Positions 24,776 to 39,779 of a DNA stretch of 64,000 nt are shown in pieces. The position numbers and the translations under genes were made by a program. Origin of the DNA: Camelus ferus (lineage: Eukaryota); contig NC_045707.1 of assembly GCF_009834535.1 (NCBI RefSeq), forward strand, positions 59,894,001-59,958,000, read 5' to 3'. How positions within the stretch are numbered: the stretch's first letter is position 1; every line of letters starts with the position of its first letter. The notes beneath the pieces are model-generated. The model was given only the letters and a program-made list of their open reading frames with translations. It was not told the DNA's origin and did no database searches.

Positions 24776-27415
24776 AAATACAGATACATCTACGTCTTTA
24801 GCATTCCCATGAATGGTTTCTCCAACAAACAACAAAAAAATACATCCAAGTAAGACTGATGAAACTTGTTATTCGTAGGCATTCTTCTTTTTTTTTTTTA
24901 AGATTATGGACCAACTACTGGATTAGGGGATAGAGTTTTGCCTGAGAACAATGTCAAGCTTACCAAGACATGGTCTAATGAATGTCAGAAAATGTGTCCA
25001 TCTCCTAACTTCAAACATCTCCCACTTTCTAGAGAATGTGTTATTGTAATCTATCAACCATAATGCTTATACATGTACTTACATCAGTATAAAACAGTAT
25101 TTCCAAAGTATCATTACTTCTCTCAATTATTCAGATTCATCCACCTTACTTATTACCTTCCAATACAGTGCTAAAAGACATTTAAAAAACACATAGCTCT
25201 GAGCACCTAACAGGTATTCAAGGTGGTGCAGGCCCAAAACAGTCAAATTTCAAATCTAGCTCTTGTCTTTACAGAGTTTACAGTCCAGTGGGGAGTCATA
25301 TCCAATGAAAATCAAGAAGCATCAGCATATTCTTTTCAACTTTGCCCAACAACAAAACCTTAAAAATGCCAATGAGTTTACACCATTGATAAAGGCAGTT
25401 TCATATGGACAGAATTAATTGAACAGTATGCATACAAAATTAATTTGCATATGACTTGATTGTAAATGCATAAAGAGTTTACCATAACTTATGCTTACTT
25501 TTGTGGAATAAAAGCCATTTATAATAAAGCTAAACTGCTGGCCAAAAGCAGAATAGATTTATGTATATTGAAATGATTCTTACAGGCTGTTCTCTCACAT
25601 GGAAGAAACTGCCAGTATGTCCTTAATCCCCTGCCACTGTTACTTAATATAAATCAGGGTTGGGTTTGGGAGTGAAATTCATTCACTTTATACATAAGTA
25701 TAAGTAATTTCATTTTTCTATAGCTTAAAAGAAGGTTTCCATATTGTTCAAACTCATCTAGAAGTCCCTCTTAGATGCAGGATAAAAGTGATCAAGAAAG
25801 TGAGATTTTGAAAGGAGTTTTCAGTGATTGGGGTATGTGCTACTTCCTAATCTAGCGTTCTCACAGGGATCTTAAGGGAACCACTCTGAGAGCTTCTCTA
25901 CATTTGTATGTTCCCTGCAATTGAGAGAACACAGAAACCAGCCCTGGGTGAGGTAAAGTGGCTCGTGGCAGCAGAGGAGAGTAATGCATCTGAGAACTAA
26001 ATTGCAGGCTTCTCTGGAGATCAAAGATGTACACATCCTAGAATAAGGTAGGAATTTGCGGTAGGAATGTTTGCCTGAATTCATTTTAAAAAGGGACCCT
26101 GCTCAAAAGAGTAATTTGCCAGCATAAGGGGATGCCTTCAGGAGGAAGCTGTAGATACTGCTGGGAAGAGAAGATGGGGAGAGATCTGAAATGTCCAGCT
26201 TAAGGAGAGGACATTACAGATCAGGGAGGTGAAATCTTCAAACGTCTCAGGCAAATAACCATGGTAGAGTTAGCTTTGACATCCCCGAGGCCTCCAGAGA
26301 ATGAAGCCATGAAGCCAGTATCAGCCAATCAGAAATACCCTACCTCCATACCTCTCCTCTCTTCCCTGCCTCCCCCACAAAGACCCTAGTGAGTTGGGAA
26401 GAGGTGAAAAAAAGAAGGTCCTTCCCAACCGGCTGAAGTGTGGTAAGGAGGTGCACTGGTACCCAGTCTTGGTTTGGGTGAAAAGGAAGAATTTTTGAAT
26501 AATAAGGCATTTATAAATACACTGAAAAAATATTCTAAATTTTAAATTGAAATGTGTTTTGTGATCTAAGGTGACCATACAACTCATATCTAAAAGTGAA
26601 CAAAAATGTGAAATAACTCATTTCCATCCAGAGACAGAGAAACAATTCTACTCAGAAGTTTGAAGGAAAAGGAGAGAAGTTTGGAATAGAGATACAGATT
26701 AAGGAATCATCAGTCTAAAGAGGAGATCATTCACATAAGTTACCTAAATTGAGAAAAGCACCAAAAGCAACATGCCAGGGAAGAACCCAAATGTTTTAGG
26801 TCCTACTACCAAAATTATCTCGAAAAATACAAAAGTGATCATGATAATTAAAATTCTTCAATGGTTCCCTAACCCCTAAAGCCAAAAAAGAAAATCAAAA
26901 TCAAAATTCCTTAGCATGTCATTCAACACTCTACCCTGTCATGATCCCTTTTTAACTTTCCAAGTTCATATATTACCACTTTCAAGTTTATTCTTTTATA
27001 GTTATATCAAAAAAGCAGAGTTCCTTAGTACAATGTGTCATTCTACAATTTCAGCGTTAACATATTCAGAAGTGTCACACATCCGCTTGGCAAACTTCTA
27101 CGTATCCTTAAAATGTCTTCTCGAATCCATTTCCTCTCACAAGGCTTCACTTTCTTTATACCCAAAACCCTACTCCAGACAAGTTCGCCCCCTTTTCCCC
27201 AGTGTTCTACTAGCATTTATATACTTCCCCCACACTATCATACATACCTAGTTACTCGTCCCCCACCGGATTGTCAGCCCTTATATACTTTCTCAGAACC
27301 CCCAAGGTATGACAGAATCCTGGAGGCTAGTAGCCATTCATTGATTCTTATGATTCTGAAGGAAACATATGTATGAATATGTACATATATTAGTGTATAT
27401 GTGCTCCAACCAACA

Positions 27416-27609
27416 CAGCTGACCCTGAACAATTGGGGTTTTAGGAGTACTCCCCCCTTACAATTGAAAATCCACTTTGCAGTCAGTCCTCTGCAGCCAT
27501 AGATTCAACTAACCACGATCATGTAATGCTGCTGTACCTAGCAGTCAGAAACAATCCACGTATATATGGACCTGCACAGCTCAAACCTTTGCTGTTCAAG
27601 GGTCAACTG
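27416..27609. mobile_element. MER8/Tigger2-derived MITE
   Basis: TIRs cagctgaccctgaacaa ... tgttcaagggtcaactg, followed by TA. Confidence 0.85.
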
Positions 27610-27699
27610 TAATTTCCTATAAACCTAAAAAGGTTGTACCAAAATTGTCTCTATCAAAAACATATTTATAGCCATTATTTTAGCCATTCTCAATTAAGG

Positions 27700-28010
27700 C
27701 ATCGTACCTATACAACAAAAGACAAAAATCTGAAGTATATAGCCTATGATTCACTCAGTTAACTCCACCCACATCAAGATAGAAAACACTTCCAAAACTC
27801 CATAACTCTCTAATTCTCCCTCCTTCTTAACAATCCTAAAGATAACCACTATTGTTTCATCACCATAGATTTGTTTTCTGTTTTTAAAACCTCATTTTAA
27901 GTGGAATCATACAGTGTGTACCCAATTTGCTTTTTTTTCCCCCAACATTAAATCTGGAGGATTCATCTAGTTGTAAGTAAGTAGTAGTAGTTCATTCCTT
28001 TTTTTTTTTT
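27700..28010 (-). mobile_element. Old L1 3' end fragment
   Basis: 'atcaagatagaaaacacttcc...ataaccactatt...gtggaatcatacagtgtgta'. Confidence 0.6.
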
Positions 28011-28408
28011 TTTGCTCTTTGTGAAGGAATGAGGGTGTCTATGCTTATGTATCCCAGTTTATGTACTTGACCAAAATAAAGCCCAATTCAATACTGGGAT
28101 TTTTAATCATCTGGAACTCCATATCCTAATTCAGGCTTTCTACACCCTTTGTGTTCACAAATGAAGAAAATAAATAAGTTCACTTTATTTCACATATTTT
28201 TCCCAGGATCTATGACCTCTATTCAAGTCAAAGAGAATGCAAAAGAATCAACAGTTCCTGTGTCCGTACTATTGACTGAATAATAAAACCAGACCCAGAA
28301 ACCATTAAAAAAAAAATGACTGGAAATTTCTATTGGAATTTTAACCATTATTCAGAGGCGATATGGCCATTGTTCATGCTTTGATTTCTGATAATGAATT
28401 GTTAAATA

Positions 28409-28621
28409 CAGTTGATCTTTGAACAAAGCAGAGGTTAACAGAGGGTGCCAACCCTTCTATGTCCAAGTGTAACTTCATAGTCAGCCCTCCATATCTCTGG
28501 TTCTGCATCCACAGATGTAATCGACCTTTGATGGTATAGTACTGTAGTGTGCAAAATAGTGTAAAAAATCCACATGTAAGTGGAGGCATGCAGTTCAAAC
28601 CCATGTTGTTCAAGGTTCACC
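28409..28621. mobile_element. MER8/Tigger2-derived MITE
   Basis: TA-cagttgatctttgaacaa ... ttgttcaaggttcacc-TA (TA target duplication). Confidence 0.88.
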
Positions 28622-28779
28622 TATAATCTCTATGCATCTAAATCAGTAAATATTAGAAAACTACTGGAATAATGTGACTGTTGGGAAAATGTTTCAAGAA
28701 TTTTTTGATAAACATCAATATTCATTTACTGTTTAAATACAAGAAGAAAAATTTAAGTAATAGAAATAGGAATAGAAAG

Positions 28780-30860
28780 AAGCCAAATAGCTTACACCAG
28801 AGAATATCATACAAATGGCGAACAGAACACAGAGAATATGATACCATTTATATAAAGTTTAAAAACATGTAAATCATTACTAAGCATTATTTATAAAGAA
28901 AAATATAAGGTCTAAAATCATGTATGAAATAGTAAGTCTTTTAATAGGAATAAGATAAAGATGTCCACTACCAATTCAATAAACCCTTATACCATAGACA
29001 CATCACCATGGTAAGACAAAAAAAAATAATATGGATAGAAAAGGTAGAAAAATTATTTGCATATAATATTATTGATTATATAGAGTTGAGAAAATGCATT
29101 TAAAATTATTTAGAAGAAACAGACATAGCTATCATTTATAAGACACCAGCAAAATACACATCTTTATATCAGCAACAATAAAAACAGTGAAAGAAAATAT
29201 AATTTTAAAACCAATTCCATTAGTAAGAGATACATAGAATATAATGTCCCTAGAAGTAAAACTAGAAAAAAAAAATATTCAGACCTTCATGTTGGAACAT
29301 CTTATTTTACATTGAAAGACATTAAATTATATACATAAATGGAGAGATATGTCCATGGGTAGGAGGATTCAATATCACAAAGATGTAGTTGTATTCTAGG
29401 TATTCTGTAAGTTCAATTCAGTTCCAAACAAAATTTCAACTTATAACTTTTATATAAATTAAAAGGATGATTATTAAATTCATATGTAAGAAGAAAGGAA
29501 TAAGTCTAGCCAAGACAATTTTGAAAAATGCATGCTTTCATAAACATCAAGATTTTCATAAAACAAGGATATTTAAGACACAGAGGTATTGGACAAAGGG
29601 AAAGGCAAATAAATTTTGGAAGAGAAATATATACCTCAGAAATAAAAACAGAAACACCCACATAAAGAATATTAATATGCAATCCAATGAGGAAAGAAAT
29701 GACAATTTTAAAAACTGATTCTGGGACAACTGGTTATCCATATGGAAAAAATAAGACTAATAGAAAAAGATATTTTACACAATACATAAAAAAAAGCTAA
29801 CTCTAATAAAAGAGATTAGTAAAACTGTCTACCACCATTTGTACAACAAAAAGCGAGCACATGACATAGAAAAGCTAGAGACTGGGAATATCTATTTACA
29901 GTATACGTGTGTGTGTGTACTAAAATCAGAATTCTTACCCAAAAGCCACAAAGGAGACAAAAGACCCAGTAGAAAAAAAGGAGCAAATTACATAAATAGG
30001 CAATGTCCACAAGAGGAACCACGAATGGCCCAATCAACATATGAAATAATGAAATTTTTCAAAAGAAATGTTTAATGTTAGCAACTGTTGGAAAAGATGT
30101 GATAATATTGAAACTTTCATGAATGGCCGGCAAGTATGTAACTACAGTGCTTGAATAGTGCAAGTGCCATAGTGAGTAATTTGACAAAACCTAGTCTAGT
30201 TAAAAGTCAGCAGATCCTCAGGTACATCATTTGAATTTTTACAGAGAAATGCATACACTAAAAGACATGCATGAGAATGTTTATTATGGCATCCTTGGCA
30301 CTGACAGAAAAAAAAATTAGAAATATTCCAAATATCCAAGTATCAGAAATTTAGGTAAGTAAAGTGGAACATATATTTGCATTACACGGTTTATAGCATT
30401 TAAAATGAATGATCTAAAGCCCCACATATCCACACAGACAAACCTTGATGACATAACCATGCTTCAAGTAAGGAAGCTGCGTAAGAATTGAGTGTAACAT
30501 CATTTATAAGAAGTTTAAAAACATGTAAAGAAATGCCAAATACCATTTAGAAATACACAGAGACATGGTAAAAGCAAAAAAAAAAAATGTAAGAAATGAT
30601 AAATCTGAAATCAAGATAGTAGTGTTTTTTTCTGGGGTGAGGACACAGAAATGAGATTGGGGAGGATTGCAAAGGAAGCTTTAATAATGATGCTGTATTC
30701 CATGTATTTAAAAAAATTCCTAAAGCAAAATGTTAAAACGTGGCAGAGGTAGATGTTGAGTACATCGAGGTGTTATTCTGTGTACTCTGTATGCGTATGC
30801 ACTGTGTTTTTCATAACACTTCAAATAGTTCACAATAAGAATAAGAAATGTTAAAAAAAA
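28780..30860 (+). mobile_element. Highly decayed old L1 (L1ME-like) ORF2 and 3' UTR
   Basis: A-rich, with 'aaattcatatgtaag...tagccaagacaattttgaa', 'ctgggacaactggttatccatatggaaaaa' and 3' UTR motifs near 30600-30830. Confidence 0.7.
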
Positions 30861-30944
30861 AACAGCAAAAGTGAGAAGTAACAATGTAAAAGTACTTATA
30901 ATAGATAAGTCAACCATACAAACTAACTCCGGGGCTTTAACAAG

Positions 30945-31125
30945 GGCTAGAATCTCTCCATGAGTGGCTCTTGACAATGTGCCAAGAGAAGAGGGCTCTT
31001 TTTTGATGGTCCCATTAACTGAAGAGTACTGCTGAAATTCACTAGGAGGGAGGGGACATGATAAATGTCTTGCAATACAGTGGATACAATCCAGCACAAG
31101 GAAAAATTGTCCCTATGTCACTCAT
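30945..31125. mobile_element. MER20-like hAT element
   Basis: 'gataaatgtcttgcaatacag...cagcacaaggaaaaattgtccc'. Confidence 0.5.
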
Positions 31126-32639
31126 TGACAGACACAGTCACTATACCAAGCAGCCCTGGAACATGCCTGACTTAACTAGAGGGTGAATTCAAGACCCTCA
31201 CCAGGAGAAGATGGTCTTTTCCTTGGGGCCTTTAATTACTTCTTTAATTCTTTCTTTAATTACTCCCCACCCCTCAGAGCCTCCTAAGGATTAGCGATTG
31301 TTCTAGGACCAGGAAGAGAAAAGATGCTTGAGGCTTTGCCCTGCAACCCCCACCCCCACCACAAGCTGAACTCCCAGCTCATCGACTCAGCCAAGGAGTT
31401 GGGCTCCACCAAGTTAACCCTAGGAAATCTTTGTGTACAGCCAGACAAGGTGGAGCATAATCAAACAGAGCCTTGGTGCTACTGGCTGCCCTATAAATAC
31501 CCCGACACGTAAATTTATCCTTTTCCATGGTGTCATAGAGAACCTGGCAACCAGAAAGTCAACAAGAACGTAACACAAATTTTGCAGGTTTTTGGAAAAC
31601 TACAACCCAATTTTGTAAGATAAAACAAATGTTTCTCTTGTATATACCACATATAAAGGAAAAATACTTTAAAAAAGAAAAAACACTGCCTTGCATCATG
31701 CTTCACAAACTACATTCTTGTAAAATTCCATCTTTCCCACTGGTGATACGCAAGAGAAGAACAGCAGGGAGAACATGACGCTTGCAACGTGGCTGCTCTG
31801 CTTCCTTTCGTAGGCTGGAAACGGTACGTTATTTGCTTTATCAGATAAATTGGCTCTGCAGCCCACATTTAAATGAACATACATGGGTTTTCAGCAGGAA
31901 GTTTGGACTTGATTAGTTCAAGATAAAATGCTGCAAGGAGGGTTGAATATGATTCTGAGCCAATAACCATATCTATAATGGAGATGGAACATTATAAAAC
32001 ATTCATATTCTTAGGTACTAATGATAAGTAAAAAAGCTTGCATCCCTTAGTTAAATTTGTTTATTGCCTGAAAACTCAAAGCAGTAATTCAAGACCAAGT
32101 GACAGGAAATTACAGTTTCCTGGCTGACATCAATTCGATCTTCAGTAATAGTTCTGAAATGGAGTTTCTAAGCTCTGAAGAGAGGGATAAAACATACACA
32201 TACACTATTTCCAATAATTCAGGTCACAACCCAGATGCTGTAGCACACATTATGTGGATAAAATTAGGACATGTGCTTACAAACATGCAAGGCCTTACTC
32301 GGTCATTTTAATCAAACTTTTTACTTGATCAGCTTCTTACATCTAGTCTGTACATGGATTTGGTTATTTAGAAAATATGGGCTCCCATAAGGGAGACTGG
32401 AAACACACGGCTGTTTCTTGTTACAATAGCAAATGGAAAATTACTTTACCGAGGTAATCACAAAAGTTATATTATACTGAAAATTGGTGAGCTAAGAAAA
32501 GTTTTAAAAATCATTCTTGTTTCCATGCTGTGGAAAGATTATCATCTCCATAGCTCCTCCCAAAGGGAAGGGAACATTTTTCATCTTTTCTATCCATGCT
32601 CATTGCCCCATAATATATATAATTAGTTCAAACTGCCCT

Positions 32640-33110
32640 GCGAGCAGAGACTGCTAATTGTCACCCATTATCTACTCTGTTTATCCTCAGGTTTTAGCCA
32701 TATACAGAACCTTAAAATGAGAGTGCACATCAACCAGTTTACCTGATGTCAAGGTCTTGCCTTTTCACGATGCTATGGCCAACGAAATGCAAGCAGAAAT
32801 GACACACGCCACTTTCAAAAAATTTCACACTGCTTGTGTGGCAGTTCTCTCTCTCTTCCCCCAATTCCCATGGGCTGGAATGTAATGTTGTGCTGGTCAG
32901 ATAGCTTCAACCAAGTGACAAGGACACCACCCTATGGAATGTCAGAGCCATGAGATTGAAGGAACGTGGGTCCTTGGGGCAGAACCCCTCATCCACCCTG
33001 GAACACTGACCTCCCTCTAAACTGTGATGAGAGTGAAAAATAAACTTCAATTTGGTTTGAAACACAGCATCTTTTTGTCACAGCAACTGAGCCTTTAGCC
33101 TAAATGACAC
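32640..33110 (+). mobile_element. MaLR LTR (MLT1J/K-like)
   Basis: 'tggccaacgaaatgcaagcagaaatgac...gaaggaacgtgggtcc...aataaacttc...ttgtcacagcaactgagcc...aatgacaca'. Confidence 0.75.
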
Positions 33111-33139
33111 AGAAACCTTGGCCATCTGATAGAGAACAC

Positions 33140-33490
33140 AATCGGCTGGATTATTTCCAGTAAATATTCTCTCATCTCTCCTGCCCCAGTGACTTGGGAT
33201 TTGTCCATGTGATTTGTTTTGTTTAATAAAATGAGAGTGGATTAATGCAAGCAGAGGTTTTAAATCGGTTTGTCCTGGTGCCTTCCTATGGTCCTCCATG
33301 AAAAGAGTATGCCTCAGGTGCTACTCGCCCAGGAAGAAAGAGGAAATACATAGAGAAAACCTAAGTCCAACCCACAACTCAGTCAAGCCCACATGAGGCA
33401 CAGCTGACCTATTAACAAGAAAAATACTTGCTCTTCTAAGATACTGAATTTGGGGAGAAATGGGGTAGGCAACATTACTGAATAAATACA
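33140..33490 (+). mobile_element. MaLR LTR (MLT1H/I-like)
   Basis: 'catgtgatttgttttg...ccatgaaaagagtatgcc...ttctaagatactgaatttgggg...aataca'. Confidence 0.65.
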
Positions 33491-34729
33491 CAGTACCAAA
33501 AAGAAAGAAGGTGGCATGCTATATTAAAGGAAACAATTTGGACTTCATGAGTTTGGAATTAGAAGTTTTAGAAACTTTTATGTGCAACTGATCATGGTTT
33601 CAACTCAACTTCCTGATCTTCAAAATAGAAGGGTGAAATACACAATCTCTAAGAATCGCTACAACTTTAATACTCGAAGATTTTGTACACTGCCTTCTAA
33701 TTTCTGCCACTTTCTTAGCCAAGGCCCTTCACTATTTTGATCAGTGGATTGCAACCTACAGGTATTTTGAGTAGAAGAACATTCCCCTTGTTAAGAGACA
33801 TTCTCAGCCCTCTTTCATTTCAGATCATCCTAAGTCATGATTTGTTACCACTATATAGCCCAATGGTCTACACTGTACTTTCTATTTATCCAACCTTTGG
33901 ACACTAGTATAACATAAATAAAGCAGCAAATTCTCTCTCTTAAATATCATAAACTCTACGTGAAGTAGAGAAAAGTCTGACCAGCACATAAAACTGTGGA
34001 ACTTTCTACTAGAGGGATTAGCGATATATTTTGAAGAGATAACAAAGACAGACTAGCACTCAGTGGAGGTCATTCCTTTGTGTAATAAGATCTGTAAACG
34101 TACGGGGAGAGGAGAGGCCCTTCAGAGAACTGTCAGTAGTATATTGTATATACTTTTATATACAATTTTAAAAATCCAAACAAAGAAAACAGGGAACAAC
34201 CGAAAGCAGGTGACCTTGGCGCTAGTCTCTAGAGGAAGATACTGGTTCCAGTGGACAGCATATCTCATTGGCTTACATTGCAACCAGAATACACTATAGA
34301 AATATCTGTCTACTTCTGTTTAAAATATGAATATGCATTCTATTTACAAAAATGAATTCAGCGACATTAGTTCACAAGGTAGACTACAGTTTAGTTTAAC
34401 AAAAAAAAAGCCAATTTAGTTTAAGGTACTACATATATTTTCTTTTGCTGTCCTTTCATAGAGGCAATTTCTTATTCAACTTGTTCATCAATAGTACAGG
34501 AAAACTTTTTAGTATCTCAATGAAGATAATTCCTTGTATGCTTATAAGGACTAGTCAGTGTTCTTCTAGGACCTAAAAACATACAGTGAGCCCAAATAAA
34601 GGGACATGAATTCTATCTGACGTAAATTCTGCTTTAATGATAATCCTGTAGAAGAGTCTGTATTGTTGAAATGGCTGGTGTGTTATTCAGCCTGCTGCTC
34701 TTCTTTCAAAGGGACTACAGATATAATAG

Positions 34730-34960
34730 CTTATACATACAGCATCGTCCATAAGCCATGCTAGGCACTGAGGACCATCTCTACCTCCTCACCAAACATC
34801 TGTGAATTGGGGGCTTTCATTCTCTCCACTTTACAGACGAGGAAAGTGAGGCGTACAAAGGTGAAGCAACCTACCAAAAATCACATAGGGAGTAAACAGT
34901 GGCAACAGGCAGCTTGATTCGGAGTTAAAAGTGTGCCTTTCACCATTTTACTCTCCTTCC
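34730..34960 (-). mobile_element. MIR SINE
   Basis: 'ccactttacagacgaggaaagtgaggcgtacaaaggtgaagcaacc'. Confidence 0.75.
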
Positions 34961-35719
34961 TGGCACAGTGGGTCTTCAGGGAGTATTTGCTGGATAAGTG
35001 AAAGGAAGTAGTAATAATATCTACCTCATAAATAGAGTAGAATAATTGATTTTTGAAATGAATCAATCACTTTTGCATAGTGTAATTTTCAAAGCATCTT
35101 CCCATCCCTTATCTCACTAGGAAACCCATTTTAAATAACAAATCACTATACAATAATGAACAACATCACAGCAGCAAACAGTTATGATTTAAGTCTGTTG
35201 GTTCCATCTGACCTTCAGGTTCTTCCTCTGTAAAATAAGAAATCTAAAGGACGTCTAAAACTCCACGATTCTCGAACTCGAAATGGTTTGTTTGTGGCTA
35301 CCCAAGGAGAGGGCATGTCTGTAACTGCAAATCCAAATGTTCCTATGTCAATCTCTCAGCCACACATCTCCCTCAAGACTCTTGCTTCCTGTAAAGTTCT
35401 GAGCTGTTTCACTCCAGCTAATGCTCTTTTGTTCTTTATTCTTTCTTCCCCCATCTTATGTTCCCAAAGACTCACCTCCTACTCTTAAACATTTACGTTT
35501 CCATGCCAACATTCCTTGGATATTTCGTTTCTTTAATGGTAGATTAATCAGATAACGCAGAAGATATAACTCCCATGGAACAAGTTGACCCTCTCTTTTA
35601 TACAAATATTTCAAAATGTCACTAAAAGTACATGGATCTCTCTAAAAATGGTCTTGGAGGGCTTAAGAAAAGGATTAGCGGAATTATTTCATAAGGAAAA
35701 GCTGTCTCTTCTCCACAAT

Positions 35720-38640
35720 TTATGTGTTCAGTTGTTTATATCAGTGTGGATGTTTGTTTTATTCTATGAGTTATAATTCATTACTCTCATTATTTATTTT
35801 CTTGTTCAGTTTTTTTCTTGATTTGACCACTAGGAGCTCCTTCAGGTGGGCACTTAAACCCTTTCAATGCCCTCCAAACACTTTTATCATGATTAAAATA
35901 TAAATAACATAAAATTTACCATCCAAACTACTTTTAAGTGTACCGTTCAGTGAAATGAATACATTGACCTTGCTGTGGGCAACCACCATAACCATCCATC
36001 TTCATAACTATTTTCATCTTATAAAACTGAAACTATCCCTGTTAAACAATAACTTCCCCATATTCCCTGCCCCCAACCCTGACAACCACCATTATACCTT
36101 CTGTCTTTATGACTTTGATTACTGTAAGTACCTTATATAAGTGGAATTGTATGGCATTTGCCTTTTCATGACTGGTTTACTTCACACAGCATGTCCTCAA
36201 GGTTCATTCATGTCGTAGCATATCACAGAATTTCCTTCCTTTTAAAGGCTGAATAATATTCCATTGTATATACATGCCACATTTTGTTTATCCATTCATC
36301 TGTCAATGGACACTTGGGCTGCTTCCATGGTTTAGCAATGGTGAATAATGCTGCTATGAACATGAGTGTACAGATACCTCATTGAGACCTTACTTTCAAA
36401 TATTTTGGTTATATAGCCAAAAGCAAAACTGCAGGATCATATGGTAATTCCATTTAAAATTTTTTTAGGAACATCATAATGTTTTCCACAGCAGCTGTAC
36501 CATTTTATATTCCCACCAAAAGTGCACAAAGTTCCAATTTTTCCACATTCTTGCTGACTTTTGCTGTTTTCTGTTTTTTTTTTTAATAGTAGCCACCATA
36601 ATGGGTGTGAAGTGGTATCTCGTTGTGATTTTATCTCCATTTCCCTAATGATTAGTGATGTTGAGCTTCTTCTGATGTGCTTATTGGCCACTGATATATC
36701 TTCTTTGGAGAAATGACTATTTAGGTCTTCTGCCATTTTTGATTGGGTCATTTTTTGATATTAAACCATATGAGCTGTTTGTATATTTTGGAAATTAATC
36801 CATTGTCAGTCTCTTCATTTGTAAATATTTCCTCCCATTCCACAGGCTGCCTATTCATTTTGTTTATGGTTTCCTTTGCTGTGCAAAAACTTGTAAGTTT
36901 AATTAGCTCACATTTGATTGTTTTTGCTTTCATTTCCTTTACTCTAGGAGACAGATTAAAAATATATACTGCTACAATTTATGTCAAAGACTGTTCTGCC
37001 TATGTTTTCCTCTAGGAATTTTAGAGTTTTTGATCACTTAGCAAATCCCTTTTCTAGTTAGAGGTCTACTCAGATTTGCCATTTCTTTGTGAGTTAGTCT
37101 TGGTGAGTTTCTACATATTTGTCCACTTTATCTAGGTTATCCAATTTGTTAGCATACAATTGGTAATAGCTCTGATTCTAACCAAAACTGTTAGTTCATA
37201 CATTCTAGCCTTCTCTTATCCCATTTCTATTTATAACTTCTTTCTCTGACAGTGAGAAATCTGGCTTTCATTATCCATAACATATTTACTTACTTGTTCA
37301 GTTCTAACACACACAAAAAGGAGTTTAGAAATGCTAACCCAGACCCCTGAGAAATGTATTTATTAACTATAGTATAATATTTGTAGAATGTTCTTTTTTG
37401 TCTCTAACCTTACAGTACAGAGTCAAATACTGTTTTCCAAATTTAGTTAAATCTTTTTAGTGTGATTGTCATTCACTATAACAGAGTTATGTTTATACCT
37501 TACTCTCTAAATTCCACTTTGGGTTCTCCCCATATTCTGGTTGATTTAAATTGTTTACTGGGGATACATGTGAGAGATTACCGTATTTATAAGATTCAAA
37601 GATATATAAAATCTTTATTAAGAAAACTATCACTCTCATTTCAATGCTTTTCTTGTTCACCCCCTGTTGATAACAAGCTCAATAGTTTCTGGCTTATCTT
37701 TCCTATATTTCTTTTGGACAAATGAGCAGCAGACATCATATTTTCTTTTATTTCCTATTTCCGACATAAAGGGAAGCATAATACGGATAGTCTGTTATAC
37801 TTTGCTTTTTTAAAACTTTTTTTTTAACTATCGCATAGGATTCCACTCAATGAATATACCATAGCTAATTCGAGCATTCTTGTCCATGAGGGCATTTGTA
37901 TTGTTTCCAGTAATCTGCAATTCTAATTGGAGTTACAGTGAATAACCTTCTAGAGGTGTTTTCATAGTGTTGAAGGTGTAGTTACAGGGGAAAATCCTAA
38001 AAGTTCAGATGCTGGTCAAAAGGTAGCAGCATACATAATACCGCTAAGTATTGTCAAATTCCCATTCAGAAGGATTGTCCCAGCTTCCATTCCTGCTACA
38101 AATGTTTGAGAGCATTCATTTCTTCATAGTCTCATCAATGAGATGTGTCATTATACTTAACATTCACTAACCTGATAGTTGAAAAGTAGCATCTCAGTAT
38201 TATTTTTATTGGCATGTATCTAATTATGAGTGAATGTGAGGGTTTTTTTTTTCTGATGCTCAAGTACCATTTTTCATCTTTTCTTGCAAGTCTGAATTTG
38301 TTAGTCCACATCATTTTTCCATTTTTCTTTCGGAGTTCTGGTCTTTTGTTTCTCAGCCTTTCAGAATTCTTTATATGTTAAGGATATACTAAGCCCTCTG
38401 TTTGTGGCATATGTTTCAAATATTTACTGCCAGTTTATCAGTTGTCTTTGCTTTGCTTATGGTGTTTTATCCCACGAACTCTGTGTGCGTGTGCATTCAT
38501 GATAAAAATTATCGACTTTTTTTGTCTTTTATTGCCTTTAGATTTTGAATCATAAGTAGATAAGCCTTTCCTCACATGAAGGTGAAAGAGGAAACCATCC
38601 ATGTTTTCTTTCAGTGTGACTATGGTAACACATTTTTTAC
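35720..38640 (-). mobile_element. Composite of reverse L1 fragments (L1MB-like 35880-37030 inside an older L1)
   Basis: Minus-strand ORF2 fragments ([28 protein letters not shown]); reverse L1MB 3' end 'aacataaaatttaccatc...ttttaagtgtac'. Confidence 0.8.
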
Positions 38641-39779
38641 ATAAATGTGTTTCTACTGACCAAATTATTGAAGTGATAACTTAAAACAGTCTGTTTATGT
38701 TAAAAGGAAAATGAAAAAGTATCCATTTTACCTACTGCTTGATCTTTAATAGTTTCATTCTGTATTTTCTATTTTGTTTGGAAGTCATCATTAAACAATT
38801 TAAGACTTGCAGGAATATTTAAGATGAAAGTATAGCAAAAATTTCAAGGAGGTTTCCCCAGATCCCTCACACACACTATGCAACCTATGCAACCTAGGAT
38901 CCAAATCCAAACAAAATTAAAAAATAATCTAAACCTTGATAGATTTTCCAAGTCAAAATGAGCATCTTTTACTGTTCTGGGTATAAAAATGCTACTTGCT
39001 TTAATAGGTGACATGTGAGAAACAAATTTTTTGTTTTCTATAACTCAGTTCATGCGTACAAGGAGCTCACAACTGAGTAAATAAGTTAAAATATAGATAA
39101 ATACAAGGTAAAAATTGGTAAGTGTCAGAATAAAAGGACGGAGAAAGAACGGCAATAAGCAAGAGACTCTGATGAGAACTAGGTTTGCATCCCACTCTCT
39201 TCTGACATTAGACTCAGTGTGCTCATCAGTAAAAAGAGGGACTAGCATCACCCTTCATATCCAGAGGATTAAACAGTAGGTAATGTATAGGAAAGCAGTA
39301 TAATGCACACCTCAGGTAGTGTCCGGTATACTCAAAAAGCTCCAAATATATTATTTAAATGAGTCAGCTACAGACAATTGCTACTCAGGTTAGGGAAAAA
39401 AAGACACTATGAAAGGTATGCCATAAATACCTTATCTGCAAAAATGCACAGAATTTGTACCAAATTCAGTACGGAATATTTTCCTGCTCTGTAATTATAG
39501 CAAATTGAGTATGTTTAAACTTTCTCTACTAATTACCTTCCCCATTTATGTGCTTTTTAGCACATAACACCAGAATATTTGCGTATCAGAATATTTATTT
39601 GCATACCAAACAGAATAAACTAAATAAATCCTTTACATTTAAAGGTGCAAAAGATATATTTCTCAGTAAAGCAATTTAGTTTGTATTTCCCTAACTGGAA
39701 ACATTTCATCTAGTATAACATCTCAATCACAGTGTCTACATTTATGTAAATACACACACATGCACACATGGAATTTGAA

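Noticed and set aside
27416..28621. Two MER8-like MITEs about 800 bp apart, suggesting a composite transposon
   Set aside because: Each has its own pair of TIRs, they are diverged from each other, and the interval holds only old L1 and unique DNA; independent insertions are simpler.
31230..31265. Three copies of a 12-bp unit (ctttaatt....)
   Set aside because: Simple slippage repeat without spacers; not an array system.
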